A stretch of DNA of 64,000 nt. Source: Octopus sinensis (lineage: Eukaryota). Within the stretch, counting starts at the first letter, position 1; each line of letters begins with the position of its first letter. Where the stretch lies: assembly GCF_006345805.1 (NCBI RefSeq), contig NC_042998.1, positions 7,626,001 to 7,690,000 of the forward strand. The letters are read 5' to 3'. Of this stretch, positions 12,227 through 26,965 are shown one piece after another. The translations under genes were made by a program, and so were the position numbers. The notes beneath the pieces are model-generated. The model ran no database searches and was not told the origin of the DNA. It saw nothing but the letters and a program-made list of their open reading frames with translations.

Positions 12227-14769
12227 CAACTTTCGAGTAAGTATCTAATAAAACTCAGCTTTCTTTATAATGCAAATAAACGTGTATGTGTGTGTGTGTT
12301 TGTAGATTGTGCGCTGGGGGTGGTAAAACGGATCGAAACTCTTTATTACCACTTAATTGGTCAACTTGGTAGAACTCATCGAGAGATAGAAAAAGTGGAA
12401 TATTCCATAAAGCACTCGATAGTGAACCGCTGGGGATTGACGTTCGACTTGCTCGGAGCAGCAGAGTTGAGCATCGATTCTAGTACGAACTAGTACGAAT
12501 TACTTTTAATTTCTCATGTCAATATTTATATTATATATTTCCCCCCGCCTTATATTTGTCGACTTTACAGAATTCGAATAGGAAATCTGCATATGAACTG
12601 GTATTTTTTTCATCTCCTAGAACAAATAACTTTGATCATTTCTTGGCAAAACAGGTTCGGTGCATGTAAATGAATAGAGTAAAGGCCATGTGTATTTCTG
12701 TGATTTGGAATTGGTGTAATTAAAATCAATTATATGAAATGAAATATGTAGTTAATAATTAATATTTTAGTCTTCGTTTGTTTCTTATATGGAGCTGAAA
12801 ATATACAATAAATTAAAGAAATACGACAGCTCGATACGGCTGTAGTTCGCCTAAATTTAATTTAACTGTGAGTTATATTTTATTTCTTGATATTCGGTGG
12901 TGTGATGTAAGTATAGAATAAGTTGTGACCTCGTAAAAAAAATCTAACAATTTACTTACCACTTGTTATATCCACACAATGAATATTTATTTAAGAGGAC
13001 CGGACTCTTCAGCTCCAAAAGTTTTACCAACAGAGTCAATCACCAATGAAGTATTGTAATTGACCGAGACCAGATTATCAGAGAGTTACCATGTATCATG
13101 CACTCTAGAAACCTATACGCTGTACAAACAACTAGTAGCAAGGAAATTCAGCAGTAACTATGAAGCATCTAAGAGTAATGTCTGCGAGTACTGTTTCAAA
13201 GAGGTGCTGTAGCAATATATCGTAGTCTCTATTACGTGGACCACTTCGGAAATTGAAGCAAATATATTATCTAGAGAGATAATAACTGAAACTGTAAGCG
13301 TTAGATTAGAGATCTGACTCTATATATTCTATAAGCTGGCTAAATGCAATATTTGCTCCTAAAAGGATGATGAATTGTAAAAAAGAGAAAAGTTGCTTTT
13401 TCAATTGCGGAATGATACCTGTGTCTTGAATATTTTGTGACTTACAGGAACGGTTCTGTGTTAGTTTATTCTTGCCAAATATTAAAGTGAAAGAAAAACA
13501 ACCAAGCAAAAGTTTTTCCTTCATAAAAATGTTAAAATACCTCAATGAATTCGAACGGTAGCCTATGTGATGTTTGATAACATCAGCTTACCCTATGGCA
13601 TTCATAGCAATGGTTCAAGGGATATTTGGAAAATGCTAAGCTAGAATGAATGCTCAGCTAAAATTCATTTATATTCACAATAATAACTATGACCTCATCA
13701 AAAAAGAAAAAGAATACAAACGGTTAAAAAGTAAACTATTACATCTGTATTCTACATCTCATATTTTGATATCTATGGAATAATTGACAACAATTAACTT
13801 GTAGAATTAACACTAATCATAATGACGGTTAAGCAATGACATTTACATACACTTGCATGTTTGTATCCATATATTTATACACAATGCGGGTGAGTATTAA
13901 CATATTCGTGCATGTACAAAATATATTAATAATAATGTTTTTTTTTCTGAGAACGTATGTCGACGTTTATGTATATGCATACTGATGACGTGCATCGATG
14001 GTGTCTAATCTTATTAAAAGACTAACGTATAGAGACATATTGGGAAAAACAGTACACATGAACTTCTTACTATAAACTCATATATTTAGCATATACAATT
14101 TGAAATATGTATACACATAAGTATTTAAGTACAGATACCCATCTCCACGTGCATATGTATTTAAGTATAAATGTTCATCTGTACATGTACGTGTCTATAT
14201 AAACGTAAACAGTTAGTATCATTATTTTCATACTCTTGTTTCATGACTATATCTGTTTTGAGCCATTTGATACTCAGAGTTTTATACGTAATAGTTATAT
14301 AGGGATATCAACATTTCATGCCTATTTGTTCATATTTGACTCATATAACAACGAAATATAATTCACATTGTATGAGCAACCGTGTCTACCAAATAATAGT
14401 TGCATGATTCCATTAAGTTAATGCTGCAAACAAGGTTGAGAGCAGATAATAAAACAGTAACAACAACAACAACAACATCAACAGTAACATTAACATAAAA
14501 CAAATGTTGACGATGTCCATAACAACAATACTGAGGTATTAAAGAACAAAACAGTTAATGCTTCAAGCTTAGCATCATTTTGGTGCTAGAGCAGCTGGAA
14601 TATGATACAGTGTTAGTAAAGACATTTACCAATAGAAGAAAGCGTGAAATGTGTCTAGCATTAGTGTATTTAAATGAGATCATTATATAGGTGTGTGTGT
14701 GTGTTTACGCGCAATGTAATGTAATGTGATGTATGTATGTATGTATGTATGTATGTATGTATGTATGTA

Positions 14770-14824
14770 TATATATATATATGTGTGTATATATATATAT
14801 ATATACATATTTTTACATATATAT

Positions 14825-14870
<46 letters not shown>

Positions 14871-14959
14871 TTGGACTTCCTAGTCGCCAGAAACACCAAC
14901 ATGTCATAGAAGAAACGGAAAGAAGAAAAGTACTCAGAAATGAAGGAATAGCTATTACC

Positions 14960-15009
<50 letters not shown>

Positions 15010-15034
15010 ATATATATATATATATACATATTTT

Positions 15035-15086
<52 letters not shown>

Positions 15087-15175
15087 TTGGACTTCCTAGT
15101 CGCCAGAAACACCAACATGTCATAGAAGAAACGGAAAGAAGAAAAGTACTCAGAAATGAAGGAATAGCTATTACC

Positions 15176-15215
<40 letters not shown>
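14770..15215. repeat. Exact tandem duplication (period about 218 bp) with TA-tract boundaries
   Basis: The unique core aagttggacttcc...gctattaccgaa occurs identically at 14868 and 15086. Confidence 0.9.
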
Positions 15216-15219
<4 letters not shown>

Positions 15220-15840
15220 AATAGAAGGTTACGTGTAAGGGTGTGTGTGTGTGTGTATTTGGTATAGCAGATATAAATAGCCGTGAAATAGGTAATTCAG
15301 TATAGCTATTATGAAATTCAGATGACTGATCGAAAACCGCTGTGAAGAAAGAAAAGAAAAGAAGAAGGAAAGAAAATTCAACAAATGAAGAAAAGCACTA
15401 AAATTGATAAAGGATGGAATTTGGAAAATGAAGCTTTAGATTCATTAAATGGAAATTATTTGTACTCTATCTCTGTAACGTAAAAATAATATTCGTGTAC
15501 TAACTTTACAATATGAAAATATATTATGAGTGAATTAATTTCTAAAAATTTCTGTGTAATATATCGAACTTTAGTAAGAAGCCAACTTGAGACTGATAAC
15601 GGATACGCTTGAAACTACCGACTGTCTTAAATTGTCTCTAATAGTTAATTCATTGCGTCTTATAAAAATATTTCTAAAACGTAAGCAATCGTAGCTAATT
15701 TTCCAGTAATTTTGCGAGAAGTGAAATTACATTTCTTATTTGGATTATTGTACGCCATTTGAAAGACTATAGATGATTGTAGACTGTTAATCACTTTTTC
15801 TTTTTTTTTTAAGAAGATCAGTCCGGAGAGTGATCTTTAA

Positions 15841-16061
15841 CCCTTTAGTGTTTAAACTGGCCAAATCCGGCCCAATATATTCTACATATTTTATATTCAA
15901 ACTGGCCATATCTAGCCTCTCACACCTAACCTACATTGACAGTCTAAAAATAAACAATCACATCATTGAAACCTCAAAGCTATAAGGTAATGCATGATTA
16001 ATTCAAAAAAATTTTAATAAAAAAACATTACATTTAACAGAGTAATCTGAACACTAAAGGG
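15841..16061. mobile_element. piggyBac-type MITE (221 bp)
   Basis: TTAA|CCCTTTAGTGTT ... AACACTAAAGGG|TTAA: 12-bp perfect TIRs with a TTAA target-site duplication. Confidence 0.9.
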
Positions 16062-19000
16062 TTAAGAGTCTGTAAAGAGAGAGACGAGAAAGTTCTTTCC
16101 AGTATTTCGTTACAGTCTTTTAAGTTCTGTGATTAAATCTAGCCGGAGTTAACTTTGCTATTTATCATTCTGAAGTCAATAAAATAAAATACATGACATG
16201 CTCTAAGCTCAACTCTAACTCTCTGTCAAAATTTACAGACTTGTGTTCATGCCAGAAATCATTATTAGATGTTCAAAAGTCTCGAAACGGCTGCATTGCG
16301 AATTCTTTTTTGCAGTGATTGAATAAAATAAAGCATAAAGGTTTGAGTCTTATCTCATACGAAATTTATAGATATTACATAATTATTCGTGATATTATTC
16401 TGAACGTCAATCTCTTAGGAAAAGTTTGACATTTCTCACCGAAATTCTATTTATTTTTCTATATCTACTTTTACTGGTCAAACTGTTGATTGACAAGGTT
16501 GATTGGAAGTTTGGGCTACACGTTGTGGATTGAAATACTTTTCAGGACGATCAGATACTTGAGAGTGTTAACTTTTTAAAGGTAAGAATCCTACTGAATA
16601 TTATATAATTAACTAATTATCTTAGAACCGATGAAAAAGCAACCCATCTATTATATATCCTTAATTTACAACCAAGGTTTTTGTTTTGGGCTACTTTCTA
16701 ACATAATTCCTACTTTTTGAAAATCTTCAACTACATTTTAATGAAATTAATTTTAGCTAAACTCATCTTATTAAACTATTCAGTTTTTTCCGAAACAGTT
16801 GTTTAATGGAATATGATCAACAATTGTTTATTTCTAACTTTGTAATTCAACTGAATCTGTATGATTTACGTGACAATTTACATGAGACGAATGAACTGTC
16901 CATGACAGGGTAAGGCAATTAATGAAATTATTAAAGCCGCGGTCAAGGAAGTGATGATGTGTGGTAATTTCTTATCAATAAATTATTTAATGATGCGTTA
17001 GTCTACATCTATTTTATATTTAAATTTGAATTAAAAAAAAAGAAAGTGGGACAAATGGAATTATCGCTTTTCACGATTAATGATAGGGTTATGTGTAAAT
17101 AAATTTCTCATACAGAAAAGTAGAAATTGAACCAATAAGCGAATTATCGATATTTCTTAAAGTATATATTACATGACACATCACATTAAAAAAAGGTTAT
17201 GTTATTTATCATTTAAACAAATATATTAATGATAATCTCAAGAAGGCATATTTGTTATACGTAAAGAGAAAATAAGTAAGAAATGTTATGCTTTGAACGA
17301 TATATTGAATAATTATATTTAAAAAAAAAAAGGTTAGGATTGAAGTATTGTAGAAAAATAGGAATAGTGTTATTTACATTCATGACATAAACAATAATTT
17401 CTGTAGAGGGGGAAATGTGTGTTACATTTGAAAGGAGAATTAGTGTTATACTTTGAAGTATAGTTGCGTTGAAAAGAAAAAAGGATTTTGTTTGTAAATA
17501 ACAGAACCGTTTAGTCAAAAGTTCAAGAATAATCTGTTATACTTAGTATTAACAATTATGCTTTACTTCAATTGCAGTCTTTCCTTCAACTTATTATAAC
17601 ATGCAATGTTAAGCGCGAAGCAGATGGAAATTGTCGATTCAAAGAGTAGACGTATTCCTTTAACGTTTTTGCAAGGGACATGGTTGTTAGGAAGCCCTAT
17701 TTTATCATGACATGACAAAACAGAAGTATGAATTTAGTCACAATAAAGAGACACACATACTCTCTTGATGGTTGCCTGTCCACTCGAGACAGTGGACCCT
17801 GGTTATTTCTGAAAAATACAAACAAGCGCGATACAAATTTTAGCAACATCTGTTATAGTCCATTGTATATATGTATAAACTTAAGACGCAAGTGTGCACG
17901 CATCTTTGGAATTGCTTAGGTTTTGCTTAACTGGCTATCAATATGCCTTGACGCACATTTACATAATTACCTGTAGTGATATATGCACATCCGAATTCTT
18001 ATATTCCATGCATGTAAATATGTGTTCCTCACAAGATATAATGGTCATATATTCGTGGGTTTATGTGTGTTTACGTACATGTGTGTTTGTGTATCAATGC
18101 ATTTGTATGTATATAGTATTTCAAATAAATATTTTTAATATTTTATATATATTTACATGTGCATATTACATCTGAAATTACATGAAAAGTTATCTAAATC
18201 ATCTTGTCATTCGAAGCTTGCTAGCATTTGCATGTATGAATCTATCTATATGTTAAGTGAATGTGTGTCAGTGTACGTATGTACGCGCGCGCGTGTGTTT
18301 ATGAGCGTGCGCGTGTGTGTATGTGTGTGTGTGTTCTGTGGTTGTGTTTGGTTTAATAATTATTACTATTTATGGATCAGTTGTTGCACTTTTAGCTTTT
18401 CTGCAATGTCTTTTTAAATGGTCAATAAGCAAAGGGGTCGCGGGTATCAAATAGCAATAATAGCGCGGGAGGCAAAATCACAAAACGTACAAAATAACAA
18501 TTACAGGATGACAACACACATATTAAGTATGAAGTACATTTACAATATAGTAAACAACAATTACAACAACATAAATATATAACACAATACAATAACATGA
18601 ATTCCATGAATAGAAAAAAAAACAATTGATAATTCAGAGATTGAAACGTCACTTGTAAACAATGCTACAAGAAAATTTAGGAAAATAAAACACGGTATTA
18701 AGCTGAAATAAGATGAAATTTTCATTAAATATTGAAGACCAAATATCTGCAAAGTTAAATAATTGCATAGAAAATGTATGTAAAGAAAATTCATTAATAT
18801 TCTTTGCTCAATTGGAGTAAGACAATCATTTTAAAGATGTACATTTGTGATACTTCAACGTATCAAGATGGTGTTCGACCTTATATAAAATGTATATTTA
18901 GTTTAATATTTCAGGTGTGGTTGATTAGAAGAATTGGTAACGGACAAATTCCTCAGTGCGAATCCTTCAAGAGTAGACTGTGTCTTTGTTGACATTTTGC

Positions 19001-20399
19001 AATTAATGTACGGAAAACATTAAAAAAATCAAACTAAAAAAAAACAGAGAACTCGACTCTGTATCAATGTGCTTTTTACCGTGCGCGATATACTGTGTTG
19101 CCCTGATCATGGGTACATTCATTCTGATAACATCTAGGATTAACCAATATAATTTGAAGGAAGTACTGCTTCTTATAACCAAACCGCCAAAATTCCTATT
19201 GAATATAACAACTAATGATTCTATTTCAAAATTCGTATCTTAGGTTATATATTTTTGATTTTGCATAAAACAAATCAAACACTTTTATATTTCTTTGGCC
19301 TTACCCTCTTCGGCCTTAATAAATTATTAGCAGAACTTTCTATTTATTTTTATCTGTTTGTATGTCTCTCTTTCTACAACATGCACACATATATTCTATA
19401 ATTTTGCTTTCATTTCCTCATCACTCTTCACAGCCTTATTTTAGTTTATTTCCGTCCATTTCTTTGGAGGTTATTAGTCTATCTTCCTAGTTACCTCATG
19501 CAGCCGTTTCATATGTAACAATGTTTTAAATGTAAAATTTCAAGCATACACATAACTGTGTTGCATGCCAACTGTACCCTACACCTAAAATTTGAATAGA
19601 GAGAGATAAGTTTGGTGTGGGGAGAGTATAACAAGAATTACTTTGGTACTTCTAAACAATTTATTTTGCTAATATAAAATCATAATGTAACTGGGAAAAA
19701 GGGTAAAATTATTCGTTTGTATAAATTTATACTACTAACAGTATATCATAATATACTGCAGGCTGTGCAGCATGAGATGAAAGATTAATTGATTAAAATA
19801 ATTGATAAGTAAAAGAACAGTAAATTACTGATAATGGGAATGTTTTAATGTTTCTCTGAAATATAAAAAAAATCGTGTTTGCATTTAAATTAAAGTTGAA
19901 AGAATAACACAATCGTGAAATTAATGAAAATGACGTCCTAGAAGCATCACGATGCATTGGCTACTTCTAATTCAATCCTACACATGGTCTCATGTATTAT
20001 ATTAGAGATTTCACACGGGTTATGAATGAAAATTCAAACCAGGAAGACTAAAAAATATACTTAGGGCATAATATAATCATTCTCAGAAAACTAGTCTGAT
20101 CAAAACTTAGATGAATTTCATAGAGTACAAATAGAGGGAGAAATGGGATAAGAATATTTGGAGAAATGATATTGGGGTTTAAGATTGGGAATATAGCCAT
20201 CCACTAGATTTGGTATTAAACGAACGCAGTCAGAATGAGAAATAATGACATGGGAAATAAAGACTGGTTATTCGATGGCAAACATTAAACAAAACATGGT
20301 TTCTCATGGTTGTGAAGTTAAGGGGAAAAACTTCTGACGTCTACCTTTTTATGATTTTATGATCACAGATTTGTGTTATTCAGCTCACAGATTTGAAAA

Positions 20400-20825
20400 A
20401 AAACACACACACACAAACACACACACATATATATACATATATATGTATGTACATATATATTTATATGTATATATATATACATATGCGTGTGCATATATAT
20501 ATATACATATATGCATATATATATGTGTATATATGCATGTATATATATATATATATATATATATGCATATATATACGTATATATATATGTCTATATATAT
20601 GTATATAAATATATATATATATATATATGTATATACATATATATATATATATGTATATGTATATACATATATATATATATGTATATATATATGCATATAT
20701 ATACGTATATATATATGTATATATAAATGTATATATATGCATATATGTATATACATATATATATATATACATATATACATATATATATATGCATATATAC
20801 ATACACACACATATATATATAATAT
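20400..20825. repeat. Complex (TA)/(TG)/(CA) microsatellite
   Basis: Directly visible. Confidence 0.95.
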
Positions 20826-20856
20826 TGAAAAGTGACACACAAGCTTATATGTATAT

Positions 20857-22881
20857 GAAAAATAAGACAAGGTAGAAAATGCTAAAATAATTTTATCACG
20901 AAATTACATTTTTAACGGTTAGTACTGGTTTCTTCCTTTTCAACTTTTTCGACTGAGTAAAACAAAGGTAGATATTGAGAAGAAAACCTATTAAAAGATA
21001 AAATTAAATGAAATGTCTAGTAAATATTTCCATAGTCTTCAAAGAAGTTAGGCATTTTTCTATTTTCTCAGTTTGTCTGTCTGTCTGTCTCTCCCTCTCT
21101 CTCTCTCTCTCGGCTTTTTCGAAGGCTCGTAAGGTAGGTAGGTAGTAGCAGATCTGAAAAATTGTATATATGGGCGCAGAGATATATTTGGTACTGAAGT
21201 TTAATGGTTTCAGCAGCAGCAGCAGCTGAAGACAGTTGAAGACGAAAAGGAGGGGAAGAAGAAGAAGGAAAACAAGAAGAAGAAGAAGAAGAAGAAGGAA
21301 AAGAAGAAGAAGAAGGAAAAGAAGACGGGAGCGGTATTATCCAGTAGTAGAAGCTCTCCGTGGAATTTACTTTAATGGTCAAGTAACCTCAAAGTGACAT
21401 GTTGTGGTTGTAGCAGCAGTAATAGCAGGAACTGTTCTAAATAAATTCGTGGGAAACGACTGTTAATATATCTATCGTATTTAATATTTCTGTGGCTATT
21501 ATTCTAAGATCCCTAAGGTAGTGTCATCTGTGGTGCAAGCATTAAAAAGAGGTTATATTTTGCGATAAAATATGATTCTTTCCTAATTCGCTGATAGTAG
21601 GAAGCATTATCACGAAATTGGGTTGTTCATTCGTAGTGTAAATATCGATGTGTTCACTTAATGTTATTTTTCCTGTATTCGCGTATTTTAAGTTGGGACC
21701 TATGTACTGTCATCCTCTGGCGTAGACTGTTTTTAGTTTGACCAATGTATTACTCTTGACACCCTGAACAAGTTCACACATATATTAGGTTCTCCAAAAC
21801 ACATGTAAAGTTGTTTTCCCTGTAAAACGTTGACTCTGTTTGAACAACACCGATCCCTCAATTAGGTTGACGTATATACTACAAGTAGGTGTTTCGCATT
21901 TTTTTACTACCGGCTTCGATGTTGTTGACGAGTGTCCTTGGCTATGTGCTAGAATATTTTTCATTGACTTGGGCTGTCTTTTGCTCTTTATGATGGTGTG
22001 CGTTTGGAGAATTTTATTAATTCTCTGGTCCCCTTTTAGTAAAGGAATGTTCTGGAGGATGGTGTCGAAGGTCTCATTGTTTACGTGTTGTGTGTGGATA
22101 TGTACGGTAAGGCTTTTAGCTGTAATTCATTCTTTAGTTCGTGGATGTAAAGTTGTAGGGCACGTTGAAAACCGATATCAATTATGGATGGTGGGTAACC
22201 TTTTGTTCATGTTGTCATGCGTCCCTGGTGCTTGTATCAGATACTATAGTGCAAATTCTTTCGGCCAGGTTGAAAGGGATATTTAATCTAGTGTGTCTTG
22301 GGTGGTATGAGTTGAATGATAGATATTGCTTGGAATCAGTGGGCTTTTCTATGTCTATTTCTATGTTTCTGTTGGATTTCTTAATGACGATGTCGAAGAA
22401 TCGAAGTTGTTAATGCCTGTACTACTGGGTAATACCACTCCCGTCTTTTTTCTTCTACTTCACTTCTTCTGCCTCTTCCCTCTCTTCTTCTTCTTCTTCT
22501 TCTTCTTCTTCCTCTTCCCCTTCCCCTACTTTTCGCCTTCTTCTGCTGCTGCTGCTCACACCATCAAACTTCAGAACCAAGTATATCTCTACACCGATAA
22601 ATACATTTTTTTTAGATCTGCTACTACCTACCTTACGAGCCTTCACAAAAGAAAAGAGAGAAAGAAAAAAGGAAAATATCCCACCTATTTGAATATTATG
22701 GAAATATATACAAAACATTTCATTTGATTTTTTTTCTTCAAATAAATAGTTTTTCTTCTTAATATCCACCTTCGTTCTACTCTTAGTTGAAAAAGTCGAA
22801 AAGACAAAAACCGGTACGAACCGTTACAAAATGTATTTCATTATAAAATTATTTTAGCATTTTCTACCTTTTCTTATTTTC
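20857..22881 (-). mobile_element. 5'-truncated Penelope-like retroelement bracketed by long inverted terminal copies
   Basis: 21510-22415 (minus) reads QLRFFDIVIKK...KPTDSKQYLSFNSYHPRH...PFNLAERICTIVSD (RT C-terminus) and NLIYV*TCSGCQE*YIGQTKNSLRQRMTVHRSQ (GIY-YIG). 20857-21349 and 22420-22881 are diverged inverted copies. Confidence 0.85.
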
Positions 22882-22884
22882 CTT

Positions 22885-22954
<70 letters not shown>

Positions 22955-23032
22955 GCACACATACATGTATACATACATACACACACACATACATACATAC
23001 ATACATACATACTACATACATACATACATACA

Positions 23033-23068
<36 letters not shown>

Positions 23069-24354
23069 TTCCTGTTTGTTGCATGTGTGTGCGCGAATGC
23101 ATGCGTATACATCTACTATTAAAGTTACGATAGGTCGAGAACCACTAACCTGCTTTTTCTGAGGGTGTTGATGGAATAGAACTTAGAAAAATGGCTAGGA
23201 GTTTAAAATAATATTTCAAGAATATATTTTAGACAATTATCACCAATGAGCTGTGTTGCAAATATAGTAAATACCATGCTGAATGCATTGAAAAATAATT
23301 CTCAAAAGAGAGATAGGATTAAAATTGTTTTAAAAAAATGAACGAAATACAATATGAAAATTATATGTCAAAATATATTTATCCAAACAATAACGCATTT
23401 GAAAACAATTTCATTTAATATATAAAAAGACAAATAAATAATACTTTTTAAACATTTCAACATTTAAATGTACATAAAATAAAGCAATAGCGACAAAAGT
23501 CTTGTAAAAATGCAACTTAGTCTTTGTATTAATATCAAGTGCCTCTTTTATGTATAACAAATTTCAGGGAAAAAATGTGATATTTCATGAAAGAAAAGTT
23601 CGTTTGAAAACATTGCCATATATTTGGTGTGTCCCTAAGCTGGAACATTTTGTAAATTGACTAGCAGAATTTGAGTTAAATGTCCTTAAATGTCAACATT
23701 TCAAGCGACGTTAGATACAGATTCAGCAATTAGATTCTGAGAATAGTAGTAGCATACGTATGTATATATATATATATATATTTGCATTTCCCTGTAGGCA
23801 GAAATGTATACTTTGAAGTTATATATTTATATACAAGGTTGTATATATATATGTATGTACACACACACACACATAAGTATGTTCCATTGTACACATCACT
23901 CACATATACATAAATACATGCATACGCAACTACACAAATATATACATGCATATATATATATATATATGTGTATGTGTGTGCGTGTGTGTGTGTATGTGTG
24001 TGTGTGTGTGATGTATTTGTGTGTGTTTGGTGGATTACTTCATCAAGAGCGGTGAACGATCTTCTCAACAGCACTGGTTACGTGTTTATAAAGCACGCAC
24101 TTGGAATACCCAGCATTATACTTCGACTGTTCCGCTCACCATGACATTGAAAGGAAAAAAATAAAGGGCCGTAACTGAACAATCAACAGAAAACATTTAA
24201 GCGGAGGAGGCAGGGCTGTGGAGCGTGTACCCGACTCTCTCCTACCAATTAGGTAACCTGAACCGGTGCATAGCGTACTACTTGCCAGATATAACGGGTA
24301 CATGCAAAGAAAGGGTGGGATGCGGACCCCATATAGATCGCAGCTGTCCATCTC

Positions 24355-24757
24355 TCTCTTACTCTTTTACTTGTTTCAGTCATTTGACTGCGGCCATGCT
24401 GGAGCACCGCCTTTAATCGAGCAAATCGACCCCGGGACTTATTCTTTGTAAGCTCAGTACTTATTCTATCGGTCTCTTTTGCCGAACCGCTAAGTGACGG
24501 GGACATAAACACACCAGCATCGGTTGTCAAGCAATGCTAGGGGGACAAACACAGACACACAAACATACACGCACACATATATATATATATACATATATAC
24601 GACAGGCTTCTTTCAGTTTCCGTCTATCAAATCCACTCACAAGGCTTTGGTCGGCCCGAGGCTATAGTAGAAGACACTTGCCCAAGGTGTCATGCAGTGG
24701 GACTGAACCCAGAACCATGTAGTTCTTAAGCAAGCTACTTACCACACAGCCACTCCT
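24355..24757 (-). mobile_element. SINE family A, full length
   Basis: Matches the family A consensus. Confidence 0.9.
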
Positions 24758-25211
24758 CCTGTCCATGTGAAAAGTGATTTTCCTTCTTGCTGAAGGTTGT
24801 CCACTCATACTTAACAAACGCCTACACAGATTCTATGCTTAGACAGGAGTATACAAAATAACGCATGCAACCACAATACAACGTTAAACGCACCTGCTGC
24901 GTTTAACTGAGATTTTTGAACAGGTTTACTTCGGTTTTTCCAGCATGAGCCAAAGGACGCAACTTCCTATGAAGTATTCTTCTGGAAACTTTCCAACTTA
25001 GTTCCCTTCGAAACGTAGGTATTGCCAAATAAACCTTTTACCTCTACCTTATACAAGATTCATAGGCATTTTAGCGGGTTTCTTATCTGTCCTGCCTATT
25101 TTCTAATAAATCTCCTGACCAAGTTAACCTAGTGCAGGATAAGTTTCGGCAATCCAGCTAAGCCATAGGCTGTATTACATTATATGTTACCAGTAAGCAG
25201 TCAAAGCCTTT

Positions 25212-25506
25212 GTGGAGGCACATGACCTAGTGATTAGAGTAGCGGACTCACGGTCGAGGGATCGCGGGTTCGAATCTCAGACCGGGTGATGTGTGTGTTT
25301 ATAAGCGAAAAACCTAAGCTCCATGCGACTCCGGCAGAAGGTATTGATGAACTTCTGCTGACTCTTTCGCCACAACTTTCTTTCACAGTTTCCTCTTGCA
25401 CCTCACCTGCGACGGACCGGCGTCCCGTCCAGGTGGGGAACCTATACGCCAAGGAAACTGGGAAACCGGTCCTTATGAGCCAGGCATGACTTGAGAAGGA
25501 ACAAAC
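25212..25506 (+). mobile_element. tRNA-derived SINE (Arg-like head, subfamily with ggaccggcgtcccgtccagg 3' part)
   Basis: Head gtggaggcacatgacctagtgattagagtagcggactcacggtcgagggatcgcgggttcgaatctc contains A/B boxes and shares its 5' part with the 28837 copy. Confidence 0.75.
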
Positions 25507-25918
25507 TTGAAAATTCAAAGCCTTTACACACAGACACGTGTCTGTTTCTGTGTGTTTGTGTGTGTGTGTATGTGTAATCCAAATAAGACAATAAAATACT
25601 TTAGCATGTTTAATTAACAATTACACATGTTTCTGGAGCAACTCTGCTTTGTTCAGTGGGTACGGAAACAACTGTAACTGATCATTAAAGACGTGCTAAA
25701 GAATATGTTTCTGTTATAATTTGGATTATATTTTACTCTTCGCTAAATCTATGCAACGGTTTTACCGTCGTGAAACCAGGATTTTGTACATGGGAAGAAT
25801 TTCGGTATTAGCCAGGAATCTGATAGTGCTGATAGCTCAGAACTCGGGTCGAGTGTTGCATTGGCAATACAGTATCTTTCTACCATACCACATACCAGGA
25901 CCTAATACATACAAACAC

Positions 25919-25969
<51 letters not shown>

Positions 25970-26345
25970 GCTGTTGATTGCCGAAGACGGAACAGATAAA
26001 GATGAGGTGTAAACGAGACAAATTCTTAAAGAACTTGAATATTTGAAGAGGGAAAGCAAGTGGCAAATAACGGATATCGATTTGAATACAGAAAGAGAAA
26101 AGCAAATCAGAAGACAACTTCAAAGAATAATTAACTGCTATAGGATCAAGCGCATAAGGAAGACGAAAAAATCGAAGCAAGCATCTATAATGCAATTTTT
26201 TATTAAATATTCAATAAAATATAGAATTGTTCTCCAGATGCTAATGCAAGACAATAAACTTGTACTGTATAAAGTTATGTTCGATTAATTTTGTGTTTAT
26301 GTCGATTTTACGCGTCTTTTTTTCCGTATGGTATCTCGGAAGAGT
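25970..26345 (+). mobile_element. pogo/Tigger-like transposase C-terminal relic with probable 3' terminal sequence
   Basis: DLNTEREKQIRRQLQRIINCY...KKSKQASIMQFF resembles the Tigger C-terminal D.N.ER...CY...KQ..L..FF pattern; a cgattttacgcg terminal motif follows. Confidence 0.5.
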
Positions 26346-26556
26346 ATAAAAATTTTGTGGTTTTCATAATCTAGAAATCTGGCTGTCATCAAAGGTTTTC
26401 ATATATTAATAGATATTCGAATACTACAGATTAGATTATAGTTGTGTTATTGTGAGACAAGTATATAAATATGACTGTGTCTGTTATTTTATTTAGTTTT
26501 TTCTTATGCTCTAATTTGTTTTTAGCAGAGCCACGGCTAAAATAGAGCAGCGCATT

Positions 26557-26648
<92 letters not shown>

Positions 26649-26669
26649 AATAAAAATTTGTGAAATACA

Positions 26670-26965
26670 CGAAGAGACGGACACAGAAAACAGACAGGTC
26701 ACCCGAAGCCTTCAATCCCCAGTCAGAAACCGAATCATCATGGCAAATTTCGGCTGATTAATTCTGATATTTGCTCCAACTCGGCCAGCCCCAAGGAAAA
26801 ACCAAGCTGTGAGCACCAGATTTCTTGGTTGAAAGGAACGAATGTAAACGCAACAGAGACGAATATAAATACAAAAAACGAAAACAAAATTAAAAACGGG
26901 ATAACAGCGGGTGTCTTACGACTTTAGACAAAATGAGACAAAAATAACTTATCTAGCAGGCGTGG
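26670..26965 (-). mobile_element. Unclassified interspersed repeat, possibly a Penelope-like terminal region
   Basis: GC-richer block (gcttggtttttccttggggctggccgagttggagc) resembling a recalled octopus repeat. No coding evidence. Confidence 0.3.

Noticed and set aside
19980-20290. Possible degenerate RT-like and pogo-like coding remnants here and at about 27900-28100
   Set aside because: Only vague similarity by eye, with many stops; not supportable without a profile search.
24020-24065. Hammerhead-like remnant on the minus strand (ctcTTGATGAagtaatccaCCAAAC)
   Set aside because: Both core motifs are mutated (C3 and G12) and there are no stem I/III partners because a microsatellite follows.
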